DNA of 63,606 nucleotides, counting the filler, from Octopus bimaculoides (Eukaryota): NCBI RefSeq assembly GCF_001194135.2. It is 5 parts of 5 records of this genome, joined end to end, with 100 filler letters (N's around TTAATTAATTAA, not from the genome) between each part and the next. Parts side by side here need not be neighbours in the genome. Positions count along the whole stretch, not along the records: positions 1 to 24,753 come from NC_068994.1; 4 more parts are not named here. One strand, written 5' to 3'. The first letter of the stretch is position 1. The number at the start of each line of letters is the position of its first letter. The notes under the pieces are model-generated. The model saw nothing but the letters and a program-made list of their open reading frames with translations. It did no database searches and was not told where the DNA came from. A program made the position numbers and the translations under genes. Positions 1-13,447 of the stretch are shown here, piece by piece.

Positions 1-41
<41 letters not shown>

Positions 42-143
42 ATAGGGAGAGAGAGAGAGAGAGAAAGAAAGAGAGAAAGAAAAATAGAGAAAGATAGAAA
101 GAGAGAGAGAGAGAGAGGGGGAGAGAGGGAGAGAGGGAGAGAG
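1..143. repeat. (TA)n / (TATG)n / (GA)n compound microsatellite
   Basis: Direct reading of the sequence. Confidence 0.95.
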
Positions 144-1163
144 TCGGATGTTAACGCCAAATAGATTAGATTGATGGTTTGGTAGCTATCTAGCCACCTA
201 GTTTTATCGATATTGTTTCCTTGTAAATGCATTGTTCAATAATTTATACATATCATGCTCTTTGCCACCCTTTGTCTTCCGACACAATAGCCTTTATTTT
301 CTTTGATTTTATTTCCTATTTTCATCTACTCTCGTTTATTAATAATATATTTTTATTCAAATACATGTTCTACAAACAGCAATAGATGTTACTTGTGCCT
401 TGTCTCTCTCTCCCTGTTATTGTTTCTTTAGCCCCATCAAACTTGATACTTAGCACACTTACTAGCTGATAAATCGCCCACCACGAAGTATATGCATCAG
501 GACACTATCATACTTCTAATATGAATATTTCATCAATAGCATTTTATGTACATAACAAATCTTACCGGCCTCTAAGTATTAATAATCGTTAAGTATACAA
601 GAATGTAGACTAGTCTATCCAAATGAGTGGAATATAGTCATAGCAACATGAATAAATATTAATGTTTATTTTAATATGTGTGCTAAAAGGCTACATTGAG
701 CTGAAGTACAGGTACAACTATATTGTTGCAATGCCTAACACAAATTAATTCTGTGTCCTCTGCCTGTAATTAGCAATTTTATTTTGCTCAAGACCTCTTC
801 TGAACCTAACATACGTCTATGGTCACCTCATAGATACAATTAGATGAACAAACTAAAATTAATAGCTACAATGTTTATAAATTACACACATAAACATAAA
901 GAGTTTGTAGTTGTTTGTAAGTAAATTAATTTCTAGAATTATTATGATCAAATAATGTTGTTAGTGTGTTTTAGCTCCAATTGCAGATGTGACGGTACTG
1001 CCTATTTGTACATCAGTTACTACATTCTTCACTTCTTATGACATTAAGGTGCAATTTTAGGGAGATTTGGTTATTATGACAAACAGTTCATAAAACAAAA
1101 TAGTTCCCGTGTTAGTTCTGAGCTAAATTGTCCGAGTAGAATCACTAATATACTAAATTCAAT

Positions 1164-1379
1164 TTAAGGTGGCGAGCGGCAAAATCGTTAACACGCCGGG
1201 AAAATGCTGAGCGGCATTTCGTCCGTCTCCACGTTCTGAGTTCAAATTCCACCGAGGTCGAATTTGTCTTTCATCCTTCCGGGATCGATAAAATAAGTTA
1301 TCAGTTGAACACTGTGGTAGATGTATTCAACTTACCTATTTCACCGAAATAGCTGACCTTGTGCCAAAATTTGAAATTG
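1164..1379 (+). mobile_element. tRNA-derived SINE, family A (Meta-domain-like core), with 16-bp TSD
   Basis: GGCGAGCGGCAAAATCG head, box-B-like GAGTTCAAATTCC, core GGTCGAATTTGTCTTTCATCCTTCCGGGATCGATAAAATAAGT. TSD ATATACTAAATTCAAT at 1148-1163 and 1380-1395. Confidence 0.9.
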
Positions 1380-1776
1380 ATATACTAAATTCAATCATAT
1401 GAACCTGGTATATTTTTAGAAGAATCTAGTAAGATTCTTGTCCCAACAAAACATTTATTTAGTCTTCCTTTTTATATCGTTTAATTAGGAGGAAAGACGG
1501 TGCCCTCCTGGGTCTCCAAAACTAGCGGGAAGTAAGGAGTAAGGTATTCTCAAACCAAAAATGTGGCTCAAATGCTTGAAACAATAGACTACGTTAAGCA
1601 TACCCAAGTATCAGTTGGCGACTATTTAAATCTACCTGTGAGATACGGTAGGATTCGACCTCTAAACGCAGAGCCGAAACAAATAACTCAAATATGGACT
1701 GGTTAACGTCGATTCTAATCATCTCTTCAGAACTCTAACCAACTGGGTTGTTTTATCTTATATTTTGTTTAAGACA

Positions 1777-1950
1777 GTGAGATGGCAGAACTGTTAGCAT
1801 AGCAGGCCAAACGCTTACGGCGTTTCGTCTGTCATTACGTTCTGTGTTCAAACGTCGTTGACTTTGCCTTTCATCTTTTTCGAATCCCATTTGAACACTA
1901 GAGTCGTGTATTTGACTTAACCCTCGAAAGTGTTGGCCTTGTGCCAATAG
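1777..1950 (+). mobile_element. SINE family A, degenerate copy
   Basis: Similar to 1164-1379 (ACGTTCTGTGTTCAAA...GACTTTGCCTTTCATC...GGCCTTGTGCC). Confidence 0.8.
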
Positions 1951-2289
1951 TTGCATTTTATATAAGCCTTTTATTATTTTACTGGTTGTAGACATTGAGT
2001 TGTGGGCAGTCTGGGGTACCGCTTTCAAAGTCTTTATAATACACACCTCTCATATGTCAGGCCGTTTTTGATTTTCTGGGACACGGATATTTTGGGAGAA
2101 AATTTGCGGCTTATAAGCCGCTAAATATGGTAGTTTATCGATTGTTTCTTGAGCTACTATGTTATGTGATGCAATAGCATAGGATTTTGGACCGGCGTAA
2201 ATGCAAATACTCACATACACACGAACCAGAATATGCGTACATGTCTGTGTGCTTGGCAGCATACATTTATATAATACTATAGACACAAG

Positions 2290-2620
2290 GTTTGAAATTG
2301 AGTGGGGCTGGGGCTAGTCAATTTCATCGACCCCAGTACTTGACTGGTATGTATTTTTGTGTTTATTTCAACCCGGAAAGAATAAAAAGCAGAGTTGATC
2401 TCAGTGGAATTTGAAATCAGAAGGTAGAAGAGACAGTATCATAATCGTTTCTAATTTGGGCCAGCAGTTTTGAAGGGAGAGGACTACTGGATACATACCA
2501 TTAATCTTAGTGCTTGATTAGTATCGTCCCCGAAACAGTAAAATGCAAAGAGCAAATCATCAGGATTTGAACTCAGAATATAAAGAGTCAAAAGAAACAC
2601 TCCAAGACATTTTTTCTGAA
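2290..2620 (-). mobile_element. Two tandem degenerate SINE family A fragments
   Basis: Reverse-complement matches to the family A core (GACCCCAGTACTTGACTGGTA...GAATTTGAAATCAGAA; second TTTGAACTCAGAA at about 2568). Confidence 0.7.
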
Positions 2621-2649
2621 AAGAAAAAATACGTTCAGTTTCCAGTAAC

Positions 2650-4800
2650 TGGGTCCTTACCTATGAAGTCTATCTAGGTAGACCATAGAGGTAACAAATT
2701 TGTGGTCTTTGCAACCGACCACTTTGAATTGAGGATAACCTATGCTGTTTGCTCATGTTCACACTGGTGTATTCGGGAAATCCAGTCGGGACCTGTCAGA
2801 CCGTTGGAAACGGTTAATATCTTCGGGAAGCTTTTATACCCATCTCGCCAATCAGCTAGATCCTCAAATTCCAGACGTGCATCTAAAATGGCGTTCCAAT
2901 CCATCAGTGGCACTATAGAGCAGTACGTTTCTAGGAATGTCTCAAGACTCCAGCTGGGGTATACACAGCAACTAATCTTCGCGACTGTTCACTTCTAGTT
3001 CCATCAACTTACTGTCCAGATCCAGGAAGATCGTCAATATCTTGAGGCCCTTTCGAAACCCTGCCCCCACATTACGGATCGAGTGAGAGATGCGGGAATC
3101 TCAAAAGCCGCCAAAAATGGGTGCATATGTATAAAATTCCTGGATTCGTCAAAAGCTATCACATCCAAACCTAATGACCTGAGGTCGTTGGGCAGGCAAC
3201 CTTGCATCAAGGCTTATCTAGACCATTTTCATTCCCAACTCTCAGAGCTGCCATGTTGGTAGAAAAGGAGGAGGAGAAAAGAAAACTAGTTGCTTATTCT
3301 TTTGAAGGGCCCGGGGTCTGGGTGACTCGGTCTCCGTGAAATTTTGAAGTTGTTTTGAGAACTCCTTTCAGAGTCTACTGCTGGCCCTTGCGCTGGGGGA
3401 TCACACAACATTAGGAAAGTTACCTCTCATTATTTTATCCCTAAGCCCATCCTTATTATTTTCAAATTTGTGGCACCTTGAAAGTGCCGGTATCGGAGAC
3501 CTCTCACTCTGTTTCGATCCTTTCCTTTTCTGCGCTAAAGGACATCAACTTTTCATTAAATTTTGATTGTCTGTTTCCTCTGCTCATCGCAAGATAAGAT
3601 TTCCACGTCAGAAAGATCCGATGCTAGTGAGGTTGGGAGTATGATTTTGAGTGTGAGTTCAAGTGTGTGGTTCTGTTTGAAAGAAGACACGGAAAGGAAA
3701 GTAAAAACGAGGAAGTTAAGATAGAAATTTTCCTGGATGGCGGATTTTGGTTCTGTTGTTAGCTTTGCTGTTGCTGTTCTTCGTCATGCTGCAGTTGTTG
3801 GTGTTGGTACTGCTACTGTTGTTGATGTAGATGCATCTGCAGCTGCAATCATTTGTGTTTTTGCTGTTGCTTCTATTACTACAGTTGTTCGTCTTGGTTT
3901 TTCTGCCAGTGTTGTACACTGCTTTCACTGTTAGGACTGTGATATTGGCATTAGTAAGGGGCCTCTTCATCCCTATTTTTTGTTAAGGGCAAAAAAGCTT
4001 TTAAGTGAATTTCAGCACCGCACAATTGGTATCTCAGCTTTCTACCTTCAACAGTAACACTCAATCGGACAGATGGATAAAGTTTGGGATCCTTTTCACA
4101 TTGTTCTGTTTGATCTGGAAAGAGATAATCAGTGTGGCCCCATCCCTAAAATCCCTCTCCGTTCGGCCACCAGATGTTCAATTCAGGAGGAACTGTCACT
4201 ATCTTAACAGGGCAGTTCCTTCTCCCTAAATATGTTGGGTAGAAGATGAGTTTCTGGTTGCATATGGGAACTCTGGAATTCTACCCAAACTGCCTTGCCC
4301 AGGTCACGTAATTTATATCTGCCCATATTTATTTGAGAACTGTCTGCGTGTGTGTTGCTTCTAGAAGTTGGATTTTTCCGACATATAGCGATACAATATC
4401 ATTTTCCAGACAGTTTATGGCAAAACGTAGGCTCCTTTCTCATTCATTTTCGTAAGTTTTACCGCTTGTATCAGGCGTGACTCTTGTAGTTTTAGAGAGT
4501 GTAAGTAGAATTGTTCTGATTTCATCTCCTCAGCAAAGAATTGCCAGTCCAGAGTCACCACCACCACTTGTTATTCATGTTGCTGTTGTTGTCATTGATG
4601 TTGCTTCTGTCACTACCTTTTTGTTGTTGTTGTTTCCTGGCTCTTGTTGATGTTACTGGTGCCATTCTTGTTGGTGTCCTGGTTGTTGAAAACGGTGTTT
4701 CTTGGTCTTACTACCGTTGTCGTTACCATTGCTGTTATCGATCTCATCGTTGTCCTTCTTACATTCACGAAGGGCAGCTGCCGTTTTGGAATGAATGATA
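2650..4800 (-). mobile_element. Decayed L1/Tx1-clade LINE: ORF1 plus APE endonuclease part of ORF2
   Basis: ORF2 starts ATG 3254 (MAALRVG) and carries frameshifted APE motifs NDLRSLGLDVIAFDESR, RLVAVYTP, DWNAILDARL, YLDR (2680-2669). Upstream ORF1 remnant has VTVEGRK..QLCGAEIHLKAF (degenerate zinc knuckle) and ACA/GCA low-complexity tracts. Many stops. Confidence 0.75.
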
Positions 4801-6799
4801 GCAGGCGTTACTGACGCCATAATTCCAATATAGTAAAGACAGGTGAAAGTAAATAAAATATAAAAGTAAATAAAATATAAAACTTGTGCCTGTTAGGACA
4901 CAATTTGGCAGTTCCCCTCTGTGACATAAGGCTTCCTATTCAAAGGTTAACAAAATTTAACAAATCTCCAGGAGTCGGTACGACGTACGTCCACCACAAA
5001 CGACGACGACGATGATGATATAATAATCATGCGACGTACTATGAGTGTAGATGTGCCTAGAGGTTCTTCTTACCGATTTTTACAAATATGATATTCACAA
5101 CAATGTATCTTGTATATCTTAAATAACACAATAAGTTATCCGTTAAAATTGTTTAACAACTTCCAAAGCTGCAGTCATGTTGTCTAGTTATTGATTTACT
5201 TCAGAGACATTGAAAACCCTTGCTACACTACTATGACGCTTCACCTTCATTAACAAGCATTGTAGACCAAATAAATATTGCGTTCACTCAAACCTAATCC
5301 GATTGTGACCTTATTTTCGTCCCTCTATTGCTATACCGCTGATATTAAACATATCCTTTACTTGTTAAGATGCTAGGGTATGAATTAAAGGGAATCAGCG
5401 GGTAGAGAAATCGCATAGTCTCTCTCGTCGGTCCGAAAAGCTATTTCTTATTATTAGAGACAGACTTTAAAGTGTATTAACATTCATATATGTATTTCCT
5501 GAACCACTTATCAAATGAAGAAAATACATCCATGTTAGTTGTTATTGTTTTTGTTTAACCCTGGGTCAAGCCTGCTTGTACATACCTATAATGAACGGTA
5601 TCTCAGCCATGATCATCTCATGTTTTTAATGATATATAGACTTACATTATCAAATGTGTCCTTCCTTTTCCAAGACAGTAAAGTGTGATTTGCGAGAGGT
5701 TTTACTCTTGAACTCATTCCTGTTGCTGTTGTCGTTTAGTTGCAGATTAAGGAAACTCAGACATGCTCGTCTCACTTTTGGTTGTTGTGTATGCAGAACT
5801 CCGTAATAAAATATTTACTTCCCTTTTTAAAAAATTTGAGGTAAAATTTGTGAGGGGCCTAGCCGGTATTTCTATCAGACAAAATGATGAATAGAGGTTA
5901 TATCGTTGGTTCGTAATCATCTTCTATTGTTTACTAGATTGTATGGAAATCTTTAAAATGGTCTTGATCTTTCCCCACTCTTACTACAATGATAATTTTT
6001 CTGTTGATACATAAAATAAAATAAAAACACTCCTGTTGGCTTCTAGTAGAGGATCTTTAGTTTCAATTGTCGGATTGAATCAAAATTCTGAACCGACGTC
6101 CCGAATATATGCAAACGAATGCATAGTCAGGAGAAAAGGGACCAACACATCGAATGCGTTGTGGGCCATTGATTTTTTTGAAAAGAAAAAACACAACAAA
6201 CTCAGAGTAAATGTTCCGATTGGCATATGAAGCATTGTTGCATTATATTATCACACCTTGATCACTTCAGCTGTGTTCCAAGTTCTACTTTAGAAATGAT
6301 TTTCATGCAAGCCAATTTATTTATAACTTCCATTGTCGAGAACAGTGAGAGAATTCTGGTTTTCTAGCTGGTTTGTATTTCATGCCATGTGAACTTTTGT
6401 TCCATTGCGTGTAGACGGTAGATATTGAAACGCATTCATGCACACACACATACACACAAGTATACAGGCAAACACATGCATACACACATTCAAACACATG
6501 CATACACGTGTGCAGGTACACACCAACAAACACACACAAACAAAACCCCACCAACATACAAACAAATACACATACAAAAATAAACAAATATACCTATATA
6601 CTAACCCACATATGCAATCAAATTGCTAGAGCAAATTAAAATTAACAAATGCTGATATTCATAATCAGCTTCACTCTCATTCCTTCTATTTCTATATTAT
6701 ATCGATCACGCTTCTTGCCAATTGAGTCGAATATGCTACGATGTGATCTCATAACATAAAAAAAAGCATTCCATGGCTTTTATCAGTTGGTTTTAAAGA

Positions 6800-7060
6800 C
6801 CAAATGTACTTTATTTTCTATTCACTCGATTGTCGAAAATTTTCGATCAACTGATTTTATAGGTGTTATCTCCTTTCCTCGTAAAACCACTCTTAGCTCT
6901 ATCAGTGTAGGCTCCATCAAATTTTCTTTCAAATTTTGAGATTTGGGTCTATGCTGAGCAGCCATACAATAGAACAGAGGTAACATTTGCTTGAAAGAGG
7001 CTCTCTTCATGTTGTCTGGAAGTCTAGATTTCTGCACTATAGATAACATATCGACGGTAC
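6800..7060 (-). mobile_element. RTE-type LINE remnant (post-RT region)
   Basis: Frameshifted translation LSIVQKSRLPDNMKRASF / LLYGCSA*TQISKFERKFDGAYT resembles the RTE IWKSxL...LLYGCxxW...ERKLDGxYT segment. Confidence 0.55.
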
Positions 7061-7877
7061 TCTACGTTTTACAAACTAAGATTATTCATACAATCAGTGT
7101 TTAAAATCAGAAAAAATAAGCAAGGGCGTTAACGTCGATAAATCAACAAATTCAAATTTGGAATAATGGAAGACGATGGAAATTAGAGAGAATTTCAACT
7201 TTGAAGACAAATGGTAAAAGCAATAGATATGTTTTTAGATCGTATTGAACCTCCTTAGAGAAGTATATTGTATTCAGATTTGATCAATATGTACTTAGAA
7301 ATAAAGGGAATATTGTGACGTTGATTATGGATGTCAACAATATGGCTGAGCGAAAGTTATATGCGCTAAACATACTCAATACACATAAAATAGCGTTTGA
7401 CCAATTTACTTTAGTGAGATGAAATACAGAACACTTTTCTGGGATATTAACTAGCAAGTATACCGTATACACTCATAATCTGTGTTTCTATATTGCCTTT
7501 ATTTTTATGTATACTGATCACTTCTGCTGAGTAGAATATATTTTACTGAGGAGTTCTAATTCTATAGAAACATGCATATTGATTTCATCAGTTGCCTTTC
7601 GTAACCAGGTCCACTCAAATGTGCATCAACAGATATTGTTGAAATCATTTCCCTTGTTTGTTGTCTTTAGATTTTAAACGTGCATAAAGGAACTAAATTA
7701 TTTAGTTCGCTAATGTACCGTTTCTCCCACGTTACTACTTGTAGTAATATAGTAATACTAAATATAAATTAAGCACTCGATTATGACAAGTGCATAAAAA
7801 GAAAAATAACAGATATCTATCATAGGATGTGTGCAATAATATATCATATTAGCAGGGCATTTATTATTTCACTTCAG

Positions 7878-7921
7878 GCTTGATTCGGTTTGCTACTACA
7901 ACATAACTGTAAAATACATTG
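7878..7921 (+). CDS. Candidate internal coding exon (LDSVCYYNITVKYI), product unknown
   Basis: Acceptor TTATTATTTCACTTCAG and donor G|GTGAGT. Only one of three frames is open (phase 2 to 1) and it contains an N-glycosylation sequon NIT. Confidence 0.45.
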
Positions 7922-8537
7922 GTGAGTTAATGCTCAAGTCTGTGGAGACTGGTTTTATGTTGATATTATAATGAAGCATTTTGAATAATTTCCATGATAG
8001 TCATTTCTTTCTATGGCAATCACGAAAGATGTGCATGAATTCATTGATCGATATTGTGAGAGAACAGCTGGGGATTTTGACTGTCATAGTTGGTGATGAC
8101 TAAATGAGATTGCTAGCAACAATAGAAGTTGAAAATATGTGGCTGAGAGGGAAATATCTTCAAGTGAATAGAATGCCAGACAATGAACGACATATAGGCT
8201 GCCTCACTGTTTATAATATAATTTTAAAAAAATAATATGTTTCAGGCACAGAACAAAAATGTCACCGAGAGAAAATTATTGAAATTCAATCTTTTTGCTC
8301 TTTCTTGTTTTCATTCAAAATCGGAAATTTTCGTCCTATATTTTACACAGACTTAGCTTTTGCATCTTAATCTTTACAATTTTTGAAAGTTTAAGAGTAT
8401 TTTAGCATGTGTGTATATCTATGTAAATGTCAGCGTATGTTTACATTTACTTATATTTATGCATTCTAAGTATATGTATATGTACATCTATATATGTATG
8501 CTAATGATTACAGGTGTCTGTATAATATATACTCACT

Positions 8538-8759
8538 CAGTGCTGGTTTGAAATTTTAGCACAATTGCAGCAATTTTGGTGGAGAGTGTAAGTCGATTAT
8601 ATTGATCCCAGTGTTCAACAGGTACTTATTTTATCGACTCCGAAAGGATGAAAAGCAAAGTTGACCTCGGCAGAATTTGAACTCAGAACGTAAAGACAGA
8701 TGAAATGCCGCCAAATATTGCGTCCAGCGTGCCAACAATTCTGCTAGATCACCGCCTTG
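8538..8759 (-). mobile_element. SINE family A, near full length
   Basis: Reverse complement of the family A consensus. Possible TSD TACTCACT at 8530-8537 and 8760-8767. Confidence 0.85.
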
Positions 8760-8938
8760 TACTCACTTAATATTGGATACATTTCGAGAAGATGAAAATA
8801 AGCAGTTTGCAGAATTAGATTCTTATTGCAAATACTTTACATAGAGCTTCTTCATTAAGAAACTGCACGAAAATTACGGGACAGAATAATTTAAATTGGA
8901 AGGCTTCAATGACAGATCAGTATTTCTTATTCCACCAG

Positions 8939-9020
8939 TCGGACTGTGACAGTATTCTCTGTCAAGTATTCGCTGATCACAGTGCAAATAATGTGCAGAG
9001 GATACAGACTGTAGCTGTTA
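8939..9020 (+). CDS. Candidate exon (SDCDSILCQVFADHSANNVQRIQTVAV); alternatively a decayed element
   Basis: Acceptor TTTCTTATTCCACCAG, donor A|GTAAGT, open in phase 0 only. Overlaps the antisense 99-aa ORF 8927-9226. Confidence 0.25.
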
Positions 9021-10077
9021 GTAAGTGGAGCACTGCGGTTGCTTAAACCAGTCCAGCCTCCATTGAGTGTATCTATGATCGCAATGATCAAAGAAGTGAT
9101 CACAACATCAGTTCCAGTCATGAGTGTTATGTCTTTGCTTCGGATACAGTGTACCCAGGAACATAAAACGCAAATGGCCGAGATAAAAATGACGACAAAG
9201 TAAACAAACAAACTGAACATGTGCAATATACACTTATATTTACATTTGTACCGAACACTTCGGGAACTGAATATTGAAAAAGCAAAAATGAGTAACCGAA
9301 AAACGCTTTTGGAAAAGAGAGATGTTGTGGGACAAATTGAAAGTGTTTCTCGTTACCTTTTTCTCTCCTTCCTTTTTTCTTTCTTTCTTTCTTTCTTTCT
9401 TATCTCTCTCTCCCCCACACACGCATACATACTCATTCACATATTTTATTCGTATTAATTTTAACTTTTTTAACTACTATGAAATGATATTCACGTGTAT
9501 TGTATTATACCTTTAACTCAATTTTTTCCAGTTGTATGTTATCGGTTGAAACAGTATATTCGTGTATAAAAATAAAAATGTTATACTTGCTATATCTTTT
9601 ATTTATTATTTCTTCTTGCATTATTTCTTCTTATTCCTTATGTTTGATGGATTATATTGTATTTCTTATATATGTTCATTGAGGGGGTGTGATATGTTGA
9701 GTCGTTAACCCAGTCTTTTTATTCTGTTNNNNNNNNNNNNNNNNNNNNNNNNNNNNNNNNNNNNNNNNNNNNNNNNNNNNNNNNNNNNNNNNNNNNNNNN
9801 NNNNNNNNNNNNNNNNNNNNNNNNNNNNNNNNNNNNNNNNNNNNNNNNNNNNNNNNNNNNNNNNNNNNNNNNNNNNNNNNNNNNNNNNNNNNNNNNNNNN
9901 NNNNNNNNNNNNNNNNNNNNNNNNNNNNNNNNNNNNNNNNNNNNNNNNNNNNNNNNNNNNNNNNNNNNNNNNNNNNNNNNNNNNATATATATTGAACAAA
10001 AACGCAATAGAGGACAATAAAACATTCGGTCAGATAGACGATACAAAAGCGGACAGGAGAAACAACAATTAAAAAGA

Positions 10078-10270
10078 CGTCTGTGTTTGTCCCCCGCCTC
10101 CACCGCTTAACAACCGGAGCTGGTGTGTTTATGTTCCCGTAACTTGGCGTTTCGGCAAAAGAGATCGGTAGAATAAGAACCAGGCTTTAAAAAAAGTACT
10201 GGAGTTGACACATTCGACTATAAATTCTTCAACGCGGGGCTCCAACATGGCCGCACTCTATTGACTGACT
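10078..10270 (+). mobile_element. SINE family B, 3' half
   Basis: TGTGTTTGTCCCCC...CCCGTAACTTGGCGTTTCGGCAAAAGAGATCGG...CAACATGGCCGCA, shared with the other family B copies. Confidence 0.85.
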
Positions 10271-12499
10271 CTAGATTGCCAGGTTTTTACAGTTCCGGGC
10301 CGGACAAGCTACCGCTGAAATGGCAAAAGCGTATTGACAATATGGGTGCATACTTTGTTGAATAAACCTATTCTTTGTATTTACATTAGCAAACTTTTTT
10401 TTCTTTTCTACAAATTTCATAGTTGATGACCTAATTTTATGGTTGCATAACGAAATACGTTGTGTGTCCCTACCCGCAGTTAATATCGACATACCAGTTG
10501 CCAGGAATGTGTTTAATATAGGTGTATCCAATTGTGTTACACCCTTAAATTTGGTGTCTATCTAAGCATTGTGTTTGTGGATAGTTAATGAGTTAGGTGT
10601 GATGCTGAAGAAGGAGCAAGGATTCTCAAAATATGCATGTACACCCATTACCTATTTTTGCTATCTTCAATCGCATTGTTAACACAGACGTATTCGTATA
10701 CGAAGCGTCGTAACTTTCAGTGCTAGCTCTAGCTTCTACAGAATATCTGCAGAGATAACTTTAATAGTAAAGTCAAGCAAGTGTTATGATCTTGCAAAGT
10801 TTAATAACTTGAAGGAAATTGAATACTTTTTGGAAAATATTTTGAAAAATCTGTGTAGTTATGGCAACAGCAATGCTAAGACAAAAAGAACCAAAAATAA
10901 AACAATAAAAGATATATCTTGGTCGTGCGAAAATATTTCGTATTAGGTATTGATGTAAACAAAGAAGAAAACTTGAATTTTACTGGTTTGGCAAAGAAAA
11001 ATTCAGAAAAAGCACATGGGCAATATATGAACAAACCAGATTCACCACTTCACTGTAACACAGGCATTAATAAGCAGTTGTTGTAGATAGTAGAAAATTA
11101 AGTTCAACGCAACGAGTCTGGTAAATTAAAATCTTGGCGAAAAGAAAAAGAATGATGACATTAAAACACCAACAATTTAATTAGAGTGAAATAAACAAGT
11201 AATATTTACTTGTTTCAGAAAACGATCTAGCAATCTCGTTTTAGACAAAGCTGTAATTAACTGATTAAACTGCTCATCTTGATTCTAACATCATATTATA
11301 CGAATCTCTTTCGAAATCCTTCAACCATTTTATCACTAAGTACATACAGAGAAAGAACAGTGAGTCTATTGTTAGGATGCTTAGTCGGGTAATACAGAGA
11401 TATACGCAGAAAACAAATTTGAAAAAGAGGTGGAATCTCTCTACCTAATCAGGTAACCGGTCTGAATAGCATCTCTTCTATCCTCTGCATGTTCCAGCGA
11501 TATCTCTTAGCTTTAACTTTTTCTTTGTATGGTAACACGCACAGAAGCGTATGACAGTGTGACATTGTAAGGAAGTGCCACACGTTCAGCGAGCCAACTA
11601 CCAAACTATCTCTCGAAATGCAACATTTCAAAGGTAATTGTGTCGCTTACTTTATCATATTAAGTCCTTTTCGTTACTCAGTGACCTCCAGTATTGTTTC
11701 TATAGAGCTAGTCTACACAAGGCTTTCTGTCCTTCGTCACATAGAGTCACATAGAAGTACTCTCTCGCCTAATGTATACTTGACACCAGCAGCCCCTTTC
11801 GACTGAGTTCGGCATGAAACTCTTTTAACTATGTAGCTCACCTATTGTTCCAGTTCTATTGCACCCGAACATTCTTTCAGACCGCTTTGTTGCAGCTTGC
11901 AGAGTGAGTAGTCTCATTGATCCACATTCTATCAACGTTGATCTAATCCAAGTTTCAACTATGTTTCCCATACTCTTCTTTTCTAAGAGTCAAGAAATTT
12001 TCAATTATACTTCAATAAGGTCTTGATAGGGTTGGGTCAGTAGGCCTTTCTTAACATTTGGCGGATATTTTACCTTTTCTAAACATCTTCAATAATTATC
12101 TGTTTTCCCTTACTTCTAAATACACTCATACAGGAAATATCATTTAACAGCTTCAACCCATAGACGTGGGATGCGTGAAACCTAGACACCTCATGACGGA
12201 CATTCAAAGTTCTGTGAACAGGAGTATCGAAAACTATCTTACCCATCTACACTTTTCCACCGTTCCTATAGTAATTTACCAGAATTGCTCCTTGCTAAAC
12301 CCTTTATAATCAGAGTTACAACCTTCAAAAACTGTTGCCTTATAGGTGTTTATCCTATAGGCATCAGCGTACAGGCATTCAAACTGAACAGACATCCGGC
12401 TCCATCAACCTCATCAGTCTCAAAGAAAATAGCACATACATACAAAATAAATAAGTAAATATAAATTAAAAAAATAAGAATTAAAAAAAAACCGAATCG

Positions 12500-12537
12500 A
12501 AAGAGACAATATCATTATAAAGAGACAATATCATTAT
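12500..12537. repeat. Perfect 19-bp tandem duplication AAAGAGACAATATCATTAT x2
   Basis: Direct reading. Confidence 0.9.
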
Positions 12538-13375
12538 ATATTAATCAATTTATCGATAATAAAAACTAATGTTTGAATGTGGAGACAATCGCAAACAGAA
12601 TAACATAATTACACCGATAAATATAGTTTAAGTGACGTGCAGTGCTCCAGCATAGCCGTGAGAGCTAAAACATATTAAAACAGTTATCAGTTGTACTGTA
12701 GCGCAGTTATTACTTACAAACCCCTGTAGCGCTTTCCACTCTGAGATGGTTAAGGAATCATGGGAATATATCCAGGTGTAATGAAGAGAAAACATTGTTG
12801 AAGTAATGAAAACTCTTTCCGTTTAATTTCAGTATTTGAAAAGGGAAACTCCTTGATTCCCATGATCCAGCTCAACTTTCTTTGTGTTCTTGTTCTCAAT
12901 GTACGATATCACGCCTACCGTTTTTCCATTCAAGAAGATGTAACCTAATACTGTGGTGCAGAAGAACTTTAATGATAAAAAGCGTGTGCATTAGAGAACA
13001 AAAAACGAAGTGTAAGCGCCTGTTTTCACAGTCTGATAAATTGTGTAGAATAAAATATATTTAGCCTCAGCCAAAAGCTATTTTAGTGTTCCTTCCCCAC
13101 CCTTTGCGGGAGCAACGAAATATTGTAGCTTTGATATAGTTAGTTACATTGAAGTCAATGAGATGGTTGAGCAGTATACATGTAAATGTGCAATATGAAA
13201 TGCATTAACTTAGGTCAATTTCGTAAAACTTTCATAATGATAACACAATAGTTACAGCAATAAATCATCCACGAACTACAAAACGTGTGAAATATTGGCA
13301 ATTCATTTATATTTATTATGTATTACATTTGGTGAACAATGATGTGCTGGTTTATAACTTTTCTCGTTGATATAC

Positions 13376-13447
13376 ACGTGTGTGTGTGTATGTGTCTGTG
13401 TGTGAGTGTGTGTCTGTGTGTGAGTGTGTGTGTGTGTGTGTGTGTAT
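13376..13447. repeat. (TG)n compound microsatellite
   Basis: Direct reading. Confidence 0.95.

Noticed and set aside
2102-2131. Perfect 16-bp palindrome GCGGCTTATAAGCCGC (2106-2121) as a terminator or regulatory hairpin
   Set aside because: It resembles the terminal repeat of a Tc2/pogo-like DNA transposon, no partner end was found, and intrinsic terminators do not apply in this eukaryotic context.
3716-4798. ORFs 3716-3970, 3737-3934 and 4541-4798 as small host proteins
   Set aside because: They are low-complexity parts of the LINE ORF1 remnant or its antisense reading.
10600-10650. CTGAAGA...CTCAAAA hammerhead-like motif on the plus strand
   Set aside because: The conserved GAAA is mutated to AAAA and stem I is out of register. 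At best a dead relic.
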